A stretch of 64,000 nucleotides of DNA, from positions 32,001 through 96,000 of IMG/VR virus record IMGVR_UViG_3300030102_007788; one strand, 5' to 3'. Both the position numbers and the translations under genes were made by a program. The DNA is from a virus. The notes under the pieces are model-generated. The model did not search any database. It was not told the origin of the DNA and saw nothing but the letters and a program-made list of their open reading frames with translations. Below are positions 27,830 to 37,857 of this stretch, in pieces; the stretch's first letter is position 1, and each line of letters begins with the position of its first letter.

Positions 27830-28722
27830 AAAATTATAACGCTTGTATTTCTTATATATCCTCACGAGAGAACTGTATAGGTAACTCTCTAAAGTCACTA
27901 CATGATAACTTTAATTATAAATACAACTACCCTGTCTACGTTCATTATTTTGACGATATATATTCTCATCCCGATTTACTAAAGTCAGTACATGAGCAAA
28001 TAGGTGATTACATCCAATTTATCAAAATAGATTATAACACCCCAAAACATGTAAAAAAGGAAGACTTATTTTTTAATAGAGATTTGTGGTATGTGAATAA
28101 TCATTTTTCCGTACATAGGATTGGTTACTTGCATATGTGTCATTTTGTTAGCAACATGTTTGAGTATCCCAACACTAAGTTTCATGAGTATGATTACGTA
28201 ATGGTTCATGACGATGAAGCTGGATACAATTCAGAATTACCTTACAACCCATTTGAAATTCTCTCTGAGCGGGAAGAATTTTTAGGTAGTTTTAAATCAG
28301 GCCAAAGGTTAAGAGACGGCAAACCTCACCAAGGTCACTTAGACACTAGAATTGGTCTTTGTGAACTAACAGTTAATTTCTTAAAAAAGAATAACATAAC
28401 CCCTAAAAATAAAAAGTTATTAAATTTGTTAGATAGCGATACTGCTGAAAGTGACTTTCACTTTTTAGATTGGTGCGACACTTACGTCCTTAAAACATCA
28501 ATGTTTAAAACTGATATATGGAAACTCTGGATAAAGGAGGTGAACGAAAGTGGAGGTATCTACAAATACCGCTGGGGAGACAATGAAATAATTAGCCTAT
28601 TTGCGCATTTTGTTCAAGAGGAAATTTTTGATTTTAAAGCTGTTGAGGAGGGATACCACGACTTAGGTAAATACAGAAGACTACAAGACACCGCGCCAAG
28701 TGTGCAAGACCTAAATAAATGA
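27826..28722 (+). CDS. GT15 (Kre2/Mnt1-like mannosyltransferase) family protein
   Basis: FNYKYNYPV, GYLHMCHF, YDYVMVHDD, GGIYKYRWGD. Confidence 0.75.
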   Translation: MKNYNACISYISSRENCIGNSLKSLHDNFNYKYNYPVYVHYFDDIYSHPDLLKSVHEQIGDYIQFIKIDYNTPKHVKKEDLFFNRDLWYVNNHFSVHRIGYLHMCHFVSNMFEYPNTKFHEYDYVMVHDDEAGYNSELPYNPFEILSEREEFLGSFKSGQRLRDGKPHQGHLDTRIGLCELTVNFLKKNNITPKNKKLLNLLDSDTAESDFHFLDWCDTYVLKTSMFKTDIWKLWIKEVNESGGIYKYRWGDNEIISLFAHFVQEEIFDFKAVEEGYHDLGKYRRLQDTAPSVQDLNK

Positions 28723-29654
28723 CCTTTTACATCATAGAGCCTCATTTTCACTATCAACAGTTTTCTTATTATTCTACATTAGCAAAAGAAATAGTAAAAA
28801 ATGAAGATGCCCAAGTAGCCCTAAATCCAAATTCTATCCAAGACATACCAGAATCTCTTTCTAAAGAGAATTGTATTTTTTTAGGCTTGGGTTTTTTCGA
28901 TAGCAAATGCTATGAAAAACATTTTTCTAACTTCCTGAATACAAAGGCTTTAAAAATAGCATACTTGCATAAAGTAAAAAACTCCTATCAAGAAAAAATA
29001 AACTTCTGCAAAAGCCATAAGGTAGATTTGATTCTAACTTCCACCCCCTTAGAAAAAGAAATACAAGAAGATTCAGGTATACGAACTTTCACTTTACCAT
29101 ATGGAGCAGATCCCAATACTTTCAATATTGCCCCTGATGTTAAAAAACAATATGACATAAGCTTCAGCGGCGCTATGCATGAAAACAAGCAGGGTGTACC
29201 AGAAGAATTATTAAACATAAGATTTAAAGCGCGTGATCTTATCAAAGAAAGAAAAGACTTGTCTATTTTTTGGAATGGCTCTGACGACCCCAGTCAATCC
29301 TATAGAATGTCCCAGCCTGAATATGTCAAAAAACTAAATCAAAGCAAGATCTGGTATGCTGCGACTGGGCCAGCTTGGGACATGAACCCTCGTCATTCTG
29401 AAATTTTATTTTGCGGAGCTGTTTTGCTTACAAACGAAACCCCTAGCGGTTATTATGACCAATGGGAGGACGGTTTTAATTGTGTTCGATACAAGACGGA
29501 TCTGTCAAATCTTAATGAAAAAATAAATGAAGCGTTAGAAAAACAAGAATTTATAAGCAAAAACGCATATAATTTTGCGTTAGATAATTTAACTCCTAAT
29601 AAAATTTACGAAAGACTTAAGTGGATAATAAAGCAAAATTTAAAGATAATTTAA
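28719..29654 (+). CDS. CgeB-like GT-B glycosyltransferase
   Basis: LPYGADP, YDISFSG, YVKKLNQSKI, RHSEILFCG. Confidence 0.7.
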   Translation: MTFYIIEPHFHYQQFSYYSTLAKEIVKNEDAQVALNPNSIQDIPESLSKENCIFLGLGFFDSKCYEKHFSNFLNTKALKIAYLHKVKNSYQEKINFCKSHKVDLILTSTPLEKEIQEDSGIRTFTLPYGADPNTFNIAPDVKKQYDISFSGAMHENKQGVPEELLNIRFKARDLIKERKDLSIFWNGSDDPSQSYRMSQPEYVKKLNQSKIWYAATGPAWDMNPRHSEILFCGAVLLTNETPSGYYDQWEDGFNCVRYKTDLSNLNEKINEALEKQEFISKNAYNFALDNLTPNKIYERLKWIIKQNLKII

Positions 29655-30475
29655 AGCTTATAGAGATAGAAATTTTTTCTTTCTGTAATAGGAAGTGCTG
29701 GTTTTGCCCCAACTCTTATGTGGATCGTATTTCAGAAACAACTTTCATGAATGAGGAAGTATATTTAGGCCTCATCAAACAACTTCAGGAAATAGATTAT
29801 TCAGGCGAGTTAACATACAGCAGATACAACGAGCCCCTTTCTTACCGAGAAGTTTTTACTAAAAGAGTAAAACAAGCTCGTAAACTTTTACCAAATGCAA
29901 CCTTAAGAACAAATACTAACGGAGATTATATAACTAGAGATTACATAGAAGAGCTTTGTGACATAGGGCTAGATCAACTTTGGATTCAACAGTATTTAGC
30001 TAATCAAGAAAGGTACAATCATGCTAAAGTAAAATCAAAAATGATATCTAAAATTAAAAAATTAGACTTACCTTACGAAACGCTTGTTGATATAGAAGGC
30101 TGTAAAATAGAGTTTGACCTCTCTCACAGGGATACCACAATTCACCTTAGGGCAAGAAACTTTGCGATTGACGGATCTAGCAGAGGAGGTACCGTACCTA
30201 TTGCAGAGCAGTACACAAGAACACAACGATGCCTTCAGCCGTTTCATAATATGTACATTGATTACAACGGGCACGTTATGGTGTGTTGCGCCCTAAGGTC
30301 TGACGTGGAGCCTTACGACGAAGGTAGAATGGGGCACATAAACCAAGGTAAATTATGGGACATACATTCTAGCGACACCTATAAACCTTGGAGGGAGCAC
30401 CATAAAGAAGACGGCCCCAAAGAGGGGGTTTGCAAAACTTGCAGAGACAATGTCAAGCCATCTTATCTAGAATGA
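29621..30475 (+). CDS. Radical SAM protein with SPASM/twitch domain
   Basis: CNRKCWFC; CLQPF...VCC...CKTC. Confidence 0.88.
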   Translation: MDNKAKFKDNLKLIEIEIFSFCNRKCWFCPNSYVDRISETTFMNEEVYLGLIKQLQEIDYSGELTYSRYNEPLSYREVFTKRVKQARKLLPNATLRTNTNGDYITRDYIEELCDIGLDQLWIQQYLANQERYNHAKVKSKMISKIKKLDLPYETLVDIEGCKIEFDLSHRDTTIHLRARNFAIDGSSRGGTVPIAEQYTRTQRCLQPFHNMYIDYNGHVMVCCALRSDVEPYDEGRMGHINQGKLWDIHSSDTYKPWREHHKEDGPKEGVCKTCRDNVKPSYLE

Positions 30476-31248
30476 AAACAGCGGTACTTATAACAGGTCA
30501 ACTTAGAGACTATAAGATAAATTGCCTTAACCATGTCAAGCATCTTATAGAACCCAACAACGCAGATGTTTTTGTTTATGCATGCACTCAAAATACTATT
30601 CACAACTGCGGTAAGAGTCTAGACCAGAAATATTATAGAACTGCTAACTATGGCAAAGATGAGATAATTGATAATGTAAGTGAAATATATGGCAATTACT
30701 TAAAACTTGTAGAAGTAGATGAAAATGAAAAGTTAACGGAGGATGACTTTGGCACACTTGGATATTTCAGAACAAGGATGCAAAACCAAATAGATAACAT
30801 AGGCAAAGGTTTTGCTATGGCTAAGTCCCATGACGATTATGACGTTATAATTAGATGCAGACCTGACAACTCTATGTACTTGCAGCCTGTCAAAGTTAAG
30901 GATTTCCCTTTTAACGACACTACAATATATAGCACGGTTTTTATGCCATCTAGGCATAGGGATTTATGTTTTTTTGCGATGGCTAACCCACACGTATTTG
31001 AAAAATACTGCTCTTACGAATACCTTAAAGGGGAAGACCCAAATAGAAAGGATAGTAACTTTTTATGCACGGAGCACGCTTGGGAGGGGTATTTAATGCA
31101 AAACGGCATAAATGTTCAATATATACCAGATGTATGCAGGCCATTCACTCAATTTGACAAAAGCACAAAAGTAGCAGATTTCCCATACAGAAACGAAAAA
31201 GAAAAGTTGGTGGATCATCACGGAAATTGGGTAGATCAAGTAATATAA
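30472..31248 (+). CDS. Putative glycan-synthesis protein
   Basis: TAVLITGQLR...YDVIIRCRPD pattern seen in glycan clusters. Confidence 0.55.
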   Translation: MKTAVLITGQLRDYKINCLNHVKHLIEPNNADVFVYACTQNTIHNCGKSLDQKYYRTANYGKDEIIDNVSEIYGNYLKLVEVDENEKLTEDDFGTLGYFRTRMQNQIDNIGKGFAMAKSHDDYDVIIRCRPDNSMYLQPVKVKDFPFNDTTIYSTVFMPSRHRDLCFFAMANPHVFEKYCSYEYLKGEDPNRKDSNFLCTEHAWEGYLMQNGINVQYIPDVCRPFTQFDKSTKVADFPYRNEKEKLVDHHGNWVDQVI

Positions 31249-32129
31249 TGCAGCCTGTTATAAGAGTAGACTTTACCGTAGGGTTTGGTAATAACTTATT
31301 CCAATTTGTTTACGCTAAATTATTAGCTGAAAAAATCGGAGCCAAGATTTATATTCTCTCTCCTATTACAGACTACTTTGGAATAGATTGCCTAGACTTG
31401 CTAGTAGCAGACGACACCTATGAAAATGTTTCTGTATATTTTTCTAGTAAAATTTTTGAAAACGGGCTTCCCTTAAAACAGGTGACTACCGAGCAGCAGG
31501 CTAAGACCGAGCTAGAGAACCCTTCAAAGTGCAACTATTTACTTAATGGTTATTTCGAAGATTATACGTTATACGAAACCCATCTTGAAAAAATTAGATC
31601 TTGGTTTATTAGACCTGATGTTATAGATAAAGAAAATGCAGTCTTGCATCTAAGGTTAGGAGATAGGTTATTCATCCCCACAACTTACCAACAGGAAAGT
31701 CTTCTTACTTTCGATAAGTATAAACGCGGCTTAGATCAAATGGATTTTGACAAACTTTACATTGTTTCTGACCTACCTGAGTGGAGGCATTTTAAATATG
31801 ATGAGCTTTTACAATACAGATACCACGTTAAGGTTGAGGAAAATACTCTCGAAATGTCTGCAAAAGCTGCTAATTACGTAAACGAATTAGTTGAAAAATT
31901 TTCAAATTCATATAAAATAAGCTTTTGTAACGGTAATCTTAGTTCTGATTTTTATAAGATTATGAGCTACGATAAAATTATTTTTGGCTATAGCACTTTC
32001 GCTTGGTGGGCAGCCGCTTTAAGCGGCGCTTCTAAAGTAGGTGTTTTTGAACCATGGAGGCCATGGAAAAAAGAAAATAATAAAAATTTAGGTAAAACAA
32101 GCTACCCCGGTTGGTTTGGGTGGAAATAA
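31248..32129 (+). CDS. GT11 alpha-1,2-fucosyltransferase-like
   Basis: GFGNNLFQ, GYFED, HLRLGD, STFAWWAA. Confidence 0.85.
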   Translation: MQPVIRVDFTVGFGNNLFQFVYAKLLAEKIGAKIYILSPITDYFGIDCLDLLVADDTYENVSVYFSSKIFENGLPLKQVTTEQQAKTELENPSKCNYLLNGYFEDYTLYETHLEKIRSWFIRPDVIDKENAVLHLRLGDRLFIPTTYQQESLLTFDKYKRGLDQMDFDKLYIVSDLPEWRHFKYDELLQYRYHVKVEENTLEMSAKAANYVNELVEKFSNSYKISFCNGNLSSDFYKIMSYDKIIFGYSTFAWWAAALSGASKVGVFEPWRPWKKENNKNLGKTSYPGWFGWK

Positions 32130-32133
32130 AATT

Positions 32134-33072
32134 ATGAAACATATAGTAACAGGCGGAGCGGGTTTTATAGGAACTCACTTAGTTAAAAAACTTGTAGAGC
32201 AAGGTGATGAGGTAGTTGTAATTGATAATCACTCCTCCTCTGGCGGTGAACTTTTAAATGAGAACAGTTTAAAAGAATCTGTGACAACAATTTCTGGCGA
32301 TATATCGTATATAAAAACCCAGACAGGCTTGCATCATAAGTTAAAAGACGCTTTTGAAGGTGTCGATACTGTTTTTCATTTAGCTGCGAGAGCTAGAGTG
32401 CAACCTTCAATTGAAAATCCAGTATTTTTTAATGCGACTAACGTTGAAGGAACATTAAACATGCTGGAGTATGCGCGAGAAGCCAAGGTTAGAAGGTTTG
32501 TTTTTACTTCCTCTTCTTCTCTTTATGGCGATACAGAAGTTTTTCCAACTCCCGAAACGCTGGAGCCTAACCCCTTAAGCCCCTACGGTCTACAAAAACT
32601 AATAGGAGAACAGTATTGCCAGTTATATTCTCGCATCCACGATATGGATACAGTGTGCTTAAGATACTTTAATGTTTACGGAGAAGGAGCTCCAACAAAA
32701 GGTGCTTATTGTCTCGTTATGGGTATATTTATCAGGCAAGCACTTGAAGGAAAAAATTTAACTATATATGGAAACGGGCAGCAACGCAGGGATTTTACTT
32801 ATGTAGGCGATGTTGTAAACGCCAATATCTTAGCCTCTAAGTGCGATAAAAAGTTCGCGGGAGAAGCTTTCAATATAGGGAACGGAGAAAACAAAAGCGT
32901 TCAAGAGATTGCAGACGTTTTCAAGCTGCCCTGCGATTATTTACCGGCAAGATTAGAGCCCCAACAGACCTTAGCGGATAATTCTAAAGCTAAGGAAGTG
33001 CTAGGGTGGGAACCTACCGGAGATGTTGTAACGTGGCTGGAAAGACATTTAACAGAAATACTTAAAAAATGA
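32134..33072 (+). CDS. NAD-dependent sugar epimerase/dehydratase
   Basis: TGGAGFIG, SSSS, YGLQK, RYFNVYG. Confidence 0.92.
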   Translation: MKHIVTGGAGFIGTHLVKKLVEQGDEVVVIDNHSSSGGELLNENSLKESVTTISGDISYIKTQTGLHHKLKDAFEGVDTVFHLAARARVQPSIENPVFFNATNVEGTLNMLEYAREAKVRRFVFTSSSSLYGDTEVFPTPETLEPNPLSPYGLQKLIGEQYCQLYSRIHDMDTVCLRYFNVYGEGAPTKGAYCLVMGIFIRQALEGKNLTIYGNGQQRRDFTYVGDVVNANILASKCDKKFAGEAFNIGNGENKSVQEIADVFKLPCDYLPARLEPQQTLADNSKAKEVLGWEPTGDVVTWLERHLTEILKK

Positions 33073-34001
33073 AAATATTCATAGCAGGGCATAATGGTCT
33101 TGTTGGTTCAGCCATCAAGAGAAGGTTAGCGGGAGAAGACGTTGAAGTAATTTATGCTAATAGGCATAGCTTAGACCTACTCGACCAAAGGGCAGTAGGG
33201 TACTTCTTCGAAGCGAATAAGCCAGACGTTGTCATAGATGCCGCAGCCAAAGTTGGAGGTATTCACGCTAACAATATCTATCCAGCAGATTTCATTTATC
33301 AAAATTTACAGATTCAAAATAATATAATTCACAGCTGCTTTGAAAACAAAGTTAAGAAGTTAATTTTTTTAGGTAGTATATGTATTTACCCAAAGTTTGC
33401 TGAGCAACCAATCAAGGAAGAATACTTACTGACTTCACCCCTTGAGCCTACTAACGAACCCTATGCCGTAGCAAAGATAGCTGGAATTAAGATGTGTCAA
33501 AGTTATTACCGCCAGCATGATTGTGATTTCTTTTCTTTGATGCCAACGAATCAATACGGGCCTAATGATAATTTTCACCCCGAGAATTCTCATGTTTTAC
33601 CAGCCCTTTTACGACGTTTTCATGAAGCTAAACGAGACGGTGTGCCTTCTGTTAAGGTGTGGGGCACGGGTAAAGCTAAAAGAGAGTTTCAATATGTTGA
33701 CGACTTGGCTGATGCTTGCGCTTTTGCTATTGAAAATATTACAGCAGCCGATGTCTACGAAAACGGAGCCACACATTTAAACGTGGGAACAGGGGAAGAG
33801 TGGTCAATAGAAGGCTTGGCTCAAAAGATAGCTCAAGTTGTCGGTTACGAGGGCGATATATTGTTTGACGATAGAAAGCCAGACGGAGTACTAAGGCGTG
33901 TTGGAGACAACTCTCGTATAAACAAATTAGGCTGGAGTCACAAATACTCTTTAGAAGAAGGTCTCGATTTAACCTATAATTGGTACAAGGATAATGTCTA
34001 A
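33069..34001 (+). CDS. fcl: GDP-L-fucose synthase
   Basis: AGHNGLVGSA, AAKVGGIHAN, LEPTNEPYAVAK, SHVLPAL. Confidence 0.95.
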   Translation: MKIFIAGHNGLVGSAIKRRLAGEDVEVIYANRHSLDLLDQRAVGYFFEANKPDVVIDAAAKVGGIHANNIYPADFIYQNLQIQNNIIHSCFENKVKKLIFLGSICIYPKFAEQPIKEEYLLTSPLEPTNEPYAVAKIAGIKMCQSYYRQHDCDFFSLMPTNQYGPNDNFHPENSHVLPALLRRFHEAKRDGVPSVKVWGTGKAKREFQYVDDLADACAFAIENITAADVYENGATHLNVGTGEEWSIEGLAQKIAQVVGYEGDILFDDRKPDGVLRRVGDNSRINKLGWSHKYSLEEGLDLTYNWYKDNV

Positions 34002-35034
34002 GAGAGTATTAGTAACAGGAATCACTGGGCAAGACGGTTCCAACATGGTTGATTACTTGCTAAAAAATACCGATCACTTAATTTTTGGTATGGCAAGAAG
34101 GTCGTCTAACATAAATTTAGAAAACTGTACTGATTTTATTGATGACGAAAGGTTTCAGTTAGTTTACGGAGACCTAACGGACAGCTTTTCAATCGCTAAA
34201 TTAGTACAAGAGATTCAACCAGACTATTTTATAAATTTCGCCGCCAACTCTTTTGTTGGATGTAGCTGGGATATGCCTGAGCACGTAATGGACACTAATA
34301 CTGTTGGCACCATTAGGTGCTTAGAGGCTATTAGGAGATATCAACCTAAATGTAGATATTACAGTGCCGGAAGTTCAGAAGAGATGGGAGACGTAGATTA
34401 CAGCCCACAAGATAAAGCTCACCCACCTAAACCCAGAAGCCCATATGGAGTATCCAAAGTAGCGGCTAGATATTTAGTTAAAGTTTATAGAGAGTCCTAT
34501 GGAATCTTCGCCATTCATGGCATCTTGTATAATCACGAGGGTATCCGAAGAGGCGAAGAGTTCGTTACCCGTAAAATTACCAAGGGAGTTGCTCGTATAT
34601 TATGTGCAATGGACCAAGGGAAGGAATTTGACCCGATCTCGCTAGGCAATATAAATTCCAAGCGAGATTGGTCTGATTCTGAAGATTTCATCCATGGAGT
34701 TTGGCTTATGCTTAATCAAGATGAGCCAAAAGAATATATTCTATCCAGCAACGAAACTCATACAATAAAAGAGTTTGTTGAAGTAGCTTTTGAAGCTGCT
34801 GGTATTGAAGGCACATGGAGCGGAGAAGGGATAAACGAAAAATATACATGCTCCCTTGACAAGACTCCATTAGTAGTAATATCTGAGAAATTTTATCGCC
34901 CCTGTGAGGTAGATATTCTTTATGGCGATTCTACCCCAATAAGAGAAGAGCTAGGATGGAAACCTGAATGGGACTTTAATGGTTTAGTAACTAGAATGGT
35001 AAACAATGACATTCGGTTGAAAAAAAATGGATGA
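33994..35034 (+). CDS. gmd: GDP-mannose 4,6-dehydratase
   Basis: TGITGQDGS, PRSPYGVSK, NHE..RRGEEFVTRKIT. Confidence 0.95.
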   Translation: MSKRVLVTGITGQDGSNMVDYLLKNTDHLIFGMARRSSNINLENCTDFIDDERFQLVYGDLTDSFSIAKLVQEIQPDYFINFAANSFVGCSWDMPEHVMDTNTVGTIRCLEAIRRYQPKCRYYSAGSSEEMGDVDYSPQDKAHPPKPRSPYGVSKVAARYLVKVYRESYGIFAIHGILYNHEGIRRGEEFVTRKITKGVARILCAMDQGKEFDPISLGNINSKRDWSDSEDFIHGVWLMLNQDEPKEYILSSNETHTIKEFVEVAFEAAGIEGTWSGEGINEKYTCSLDKTPLVVISEKFYRPCEVDILYGDSTPIREELGWKPEWDFNGLVTRMVNNDIRLKKNG

Positions 35035-35659
35035 TTACATTTGCATTTTTGACAACGTCTTTAATGACACTAGCAAGATAGACAGTTTTTACGACTATCT
35101 GCTAACTGAACCTGACTTAAATTATTTTTGCGAAAAAGATAAAATTTTAAATTTTAATGAAGGGGAAGAGTATTTTAACCACTCTTCAGTGTTCAAGCAC
35201 ATATGGGATAAGCACGCTTCTCATTTTGACACAAAGAAAAAAACTCTTTATTTTGAAATGTGGTACAACCATAGCCATGGGGCTTATCACGTAGACAAAG
35301 ACGAAGGTCATTACGATTTAAATAATGAAATTATCAGCCCTATATTTTCTTCTGTATTTTTTTTAGGACCCAGTGAAACTATTAGTGGAGGTGATCTGTA
35401 TATAAATACGTTAGGTATGAGCGCTTTGGACGAGTTTGAAAGACCTAAAACTAAGCATAATATTTTAAATGTCGATGGGCCAGAGTGGGTTAAAATTGAT
35501 TTCAGGTACAATAGATTAGTCGTTTTTGATCCTCGTTATCCACACGTTGTCTCCCCAATTATTTGCGAGAACGAAAAGTTGCCACGTACCAGTATTGCGT
35601 TAAACCCTTGGGATAAGCCTTTGGTAGAAGGAACTCCCTATGGTTATTTCAACAAGTAA
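35027..35659 (+). CDS. 2OG-Fe(II) oxygenase
   Basis: HVD...GGDL...NRLVVFD..YPHVV...RTSIALN. Confidence 0.75.
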   Translation: MDDYICIFDNVFNDTSKIDSFYDYLLTEPDLNYFCEKDKILNFNEGEEYFNHSSVFKHIWDKHASHFDTKKKTLYFEMWYNHSHGAYHVDKDEGHYDLNNEIISPIFSSVFFLGPSETISGGDLYINTLGMSALDEFERPKTKHNILNVDGPEWVKIDFRYNRLVVFDPRYPHVVSPIICENEKLPRTSIALNPWDKPLVEGTPYGYFNK

Positions 35660-35665
35660 AACGTC

Positions 35666-35694
35666 TTGACTTACTTCCCTGTTTCGCCCATCAT
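35666..35694 (+). promoter_or_regulatory. CCTG-spacer promoter
   Basis: TTGACT-TACTTC-CCTG-TTTCGCC-CATCAT; ATG 7 nt after the -10. Confidence 0.72.
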
Positions 35695-35700
35695 TCATTT

Positions 35701-36084
35701 ATGGCCGCTAAACGGAAGCGCAAACCTACCTTAAATCAGTTCATTATCAATAAGCTTCTGGATAATCCAAAAGCTATTTGGAAGAACAAAGGTATCGTTT
35801 CCCGTGAAATGGGGTTCACAAAAAAATTAATAGAAAAATACCCGCTTGAGGCTTTTTGGAGGGCGTTGCCTTTGAAATTTAGCGCCGAAAGCTTGGCTTG
35901 GTACATTTCTCCACAGGGATGGGCCTACCTTAAAATAGAGTTTGCTAAATTTTCTATGGATATTAAGCCTAGCGAGACCCATAATACGTCGGACTCCAAG
36001 TTCGGAGAGGACAAAATTATTTCAAAAACTACTAGAACAATAGAGGATTTTTTAAAGTATGGCAGCGAAAAAGAAAACGGTTGA
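35701..36084 (+). CDS. Hypothetical protein
   Basis: First gene after the promoter. Confidence 0.65.
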   Translation: MAAKRKRKPTLNQFIINKLLDNPKAIWKNKGIVSREMGFTKKLIEKYPLEAFWRALPLKFSAESLAWYISPQGWAYLKIEFAKFSMDIKPSETHNTSDSKFGEDKIISKTTRTIEDFLKYGSEKENG

Positions 36085-37150
36085 AGGGTTTAACCCAGTA
36101 GATCAGATAGAAAGCTATCTTAATGCTCACAAAGATGAGCATTTTAATTTTGAAGAAGAGCCAAATTACGTGGTTTCAAGCGGCAGCTTGCTTCTCGATA
36201 ACGAAATGTCAGGAGGAATCAGGCCCGGAGTTATTAGGGCATCTGGTGTATCAGAAGGCGGCAAGACATCTTGTGCCCTGTCTTTTGCTAGAAATTTTCA
36301 AGATACCGTTAAGAACGGAATGGTTATCTACATCAAATCGGAGGGTAGATTATCTCCCGAAATGATAGAGAGATCAGGCGTAGACACCTCCAAGGAAAAA
36401 TGGTTTGTCTATAAAAGTAATATTTTTGAAAGCGTTTTACAGTTAATGAGGGAGATGATCATGAACAACCCTACTGACTGTAGGTATTTCTTTATCATTG
36501 ACTCTATGGACGCAATGGTTCCCAAAAAAGATCTAGAGAAGGGTTTTGACGACCCAGATAAGGTGGCTGGAGGTTCAGTATTAAGCTCCACATTTCTAAA
36601 GAAAATGGCTTTAGGACTTTCCACAAAAGGTCACATTTGTTTCATGATCTCTCAGGTTAGAAGTAAGGTGAGCGTGAACCAGTATGAAAAAACTGACCCC
36701 AAGCTAACAAATGCCTCTGGCGGCAATGCCCTTCTTCACTACTCTGATTGGATTCTGGAATTTCAGCAGCGATTTGGAGGCGATTCAATTCCCGCTAAAG
36801 CTGACAAGCCTGAAGGTCATTATTGCAAGATTGTATTTCGTAAGAGTGCAAACGAAAAGACAGGAACTGTTGTCCGCTACCCAATTAAATATGGCAGAGT
36901 AAACGGTAAAAGTGTCTGGGTGGAGTATGAAGTGCTTCAGTTTATGATGGAGTGGGACATGGTAGATGTTAAAGGCGCATGGATAATCGTTGACGATCAA
37001 ATTGTAGAGGACGTTAAAAAAGAAACTGGACTCGAGATCGCCTCAAAACATCAAGGTGCAGATAATTTCAGAAAATATCTAGAAGAGAACACCGAAATAT
37101 GCAATTACCTGTTTAGCAAATTCAGGAATGCTCTCACCATTGCATCGTGA
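36059..37150 (+). CDS. RecA/UvsX-like recombinase
   Basis: SSGSLLLD..GG, GVSEGGKT, IIDS, ISQVR, SGGNALLHYS. Confidence 0.9.
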   Translation: MAAKKKTVEGFNPVDQIESYLNAHKDEHFNFEEEPNYVVSSGSLLLDNEMSGGIRPGVIRASGVSEGGKTSCALSFARNFQDTVKNGMVIYIKSEGRLSPEMIERSGVDTSKEKWFVYKSNIFESVLQLMREMIMNNPTDCRYFFIIDSMDAMVPKKDLEKGFDDPDKVAGGSVLSSTFLKKMALGLSTKGHICFMISQVRSKVSVNQYEKTDPKLTNASGGNALLHYSDWILEFQQRFGGDSIPAKADKPEGHYCKIVFRKSANEKTGTVVRYPIKYGRVNGKSVWVEYEVLQFMMEWDMVDVKGAWIIVDDQIVEDVKKETGLEIASKHQGADNFRKYLEENTEICNYLFSKFRNALTIAS

Positions 37151-37563
37151 AGCTTTACGACATAAGAGGGAGACTTGTAAATAAAAGTGTCACTAGATAT
37201 AAAATTGACTGGGATGCCGCTTGTAGATCAAAACTACAATACAACGTTAAACAATTTTTCAAAACGTTTTGGTATGGCCAAATCTGCTATGAAGAGTTTC
37301 CAGTTTACGGAACTAGGATGAAAGTTGATCTAGTAAACATGACTAAAAGAATAGCTGTTGAAACCCAAGGGGCACAGCACGACTCCTTTAACAAGTTTTT
37401 CCACAATAACTCTAGAGCCAATTACTTAAGGTCAATAACTCGCGACCACGATAAAAGAATATGGTTAGAAAACAATAATTTTAAAGTTTTAGAGATTTTT
37501 GAGGAAGATTTAAAGTCTTTATCGAAAAAGTATATTAGCGATAAGTTTGAAATAGATATCTAA
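37147..37563 (+). CDS. Vsr/DUF559-like endonuclease
   Basis: VDL...IAVETQGAQH...RDHDKRIWL. Confidence 0.75.
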   Translation: MKLYDIRGRLVNKSVTRYKIDWDAACRSKLQYNVKQFFKTFWYGQICYEEFPVYGTRMKVDLVNMTKRIAVETQGAQHDSFNKFFHNNSRANYLRSITRDHDKRIWLENNNFKVLEIFEEDLKSLSKKYISDKFEIDI

Positions 37564-37578
37564 AATAGTGTAATATTT

Positions 37579-37857
37579 ATGCAGATGAGTAAAAGCCAAA
37601 CGACAAGAATTCCGGACTCGCTCCTAGATCAAATTAGTGAGTGGTCTTGCGGAGGATTCATGTTATTTAATTTCGATGAGGATGGTAATCCCCAAGTATA
37701 CTCAAAAGTAGAGAGTGAAAAGAACGCTATGTCTCTACAATACTTAATTAACCATTGGTCTGAAGCCATGGAATCGATGAATTCAGATACTTTCATTAAA
37801 AATTTAAATAGTGCTTTTGACGATCCAGAAGAAGAAGGATACGAAGACGATGAGTGA
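37579..37857 (+). CDS. Acidic hypothetical protein coupled to the tubulin gene
   Basis: Overlaps the tubulin start; GTGTAA motif upstream. Confidence 0.65.
   Translation: MQMSKSQTTRIPDSLLDQISEWSCGGFMLFNFDEDGNPQVYSKVESEKNAMSLQYLINHWSEAMESMNSDTFIKNLNSAFDDPEEEGYEDDE

Noticed and set aside
23803-35659. Bacterial O-antigen/capsule locus (host contamination)
   Set aside because: Contiguous and coupled with phage genes, same composition and promoter motif, no wzx/wzy/wzz
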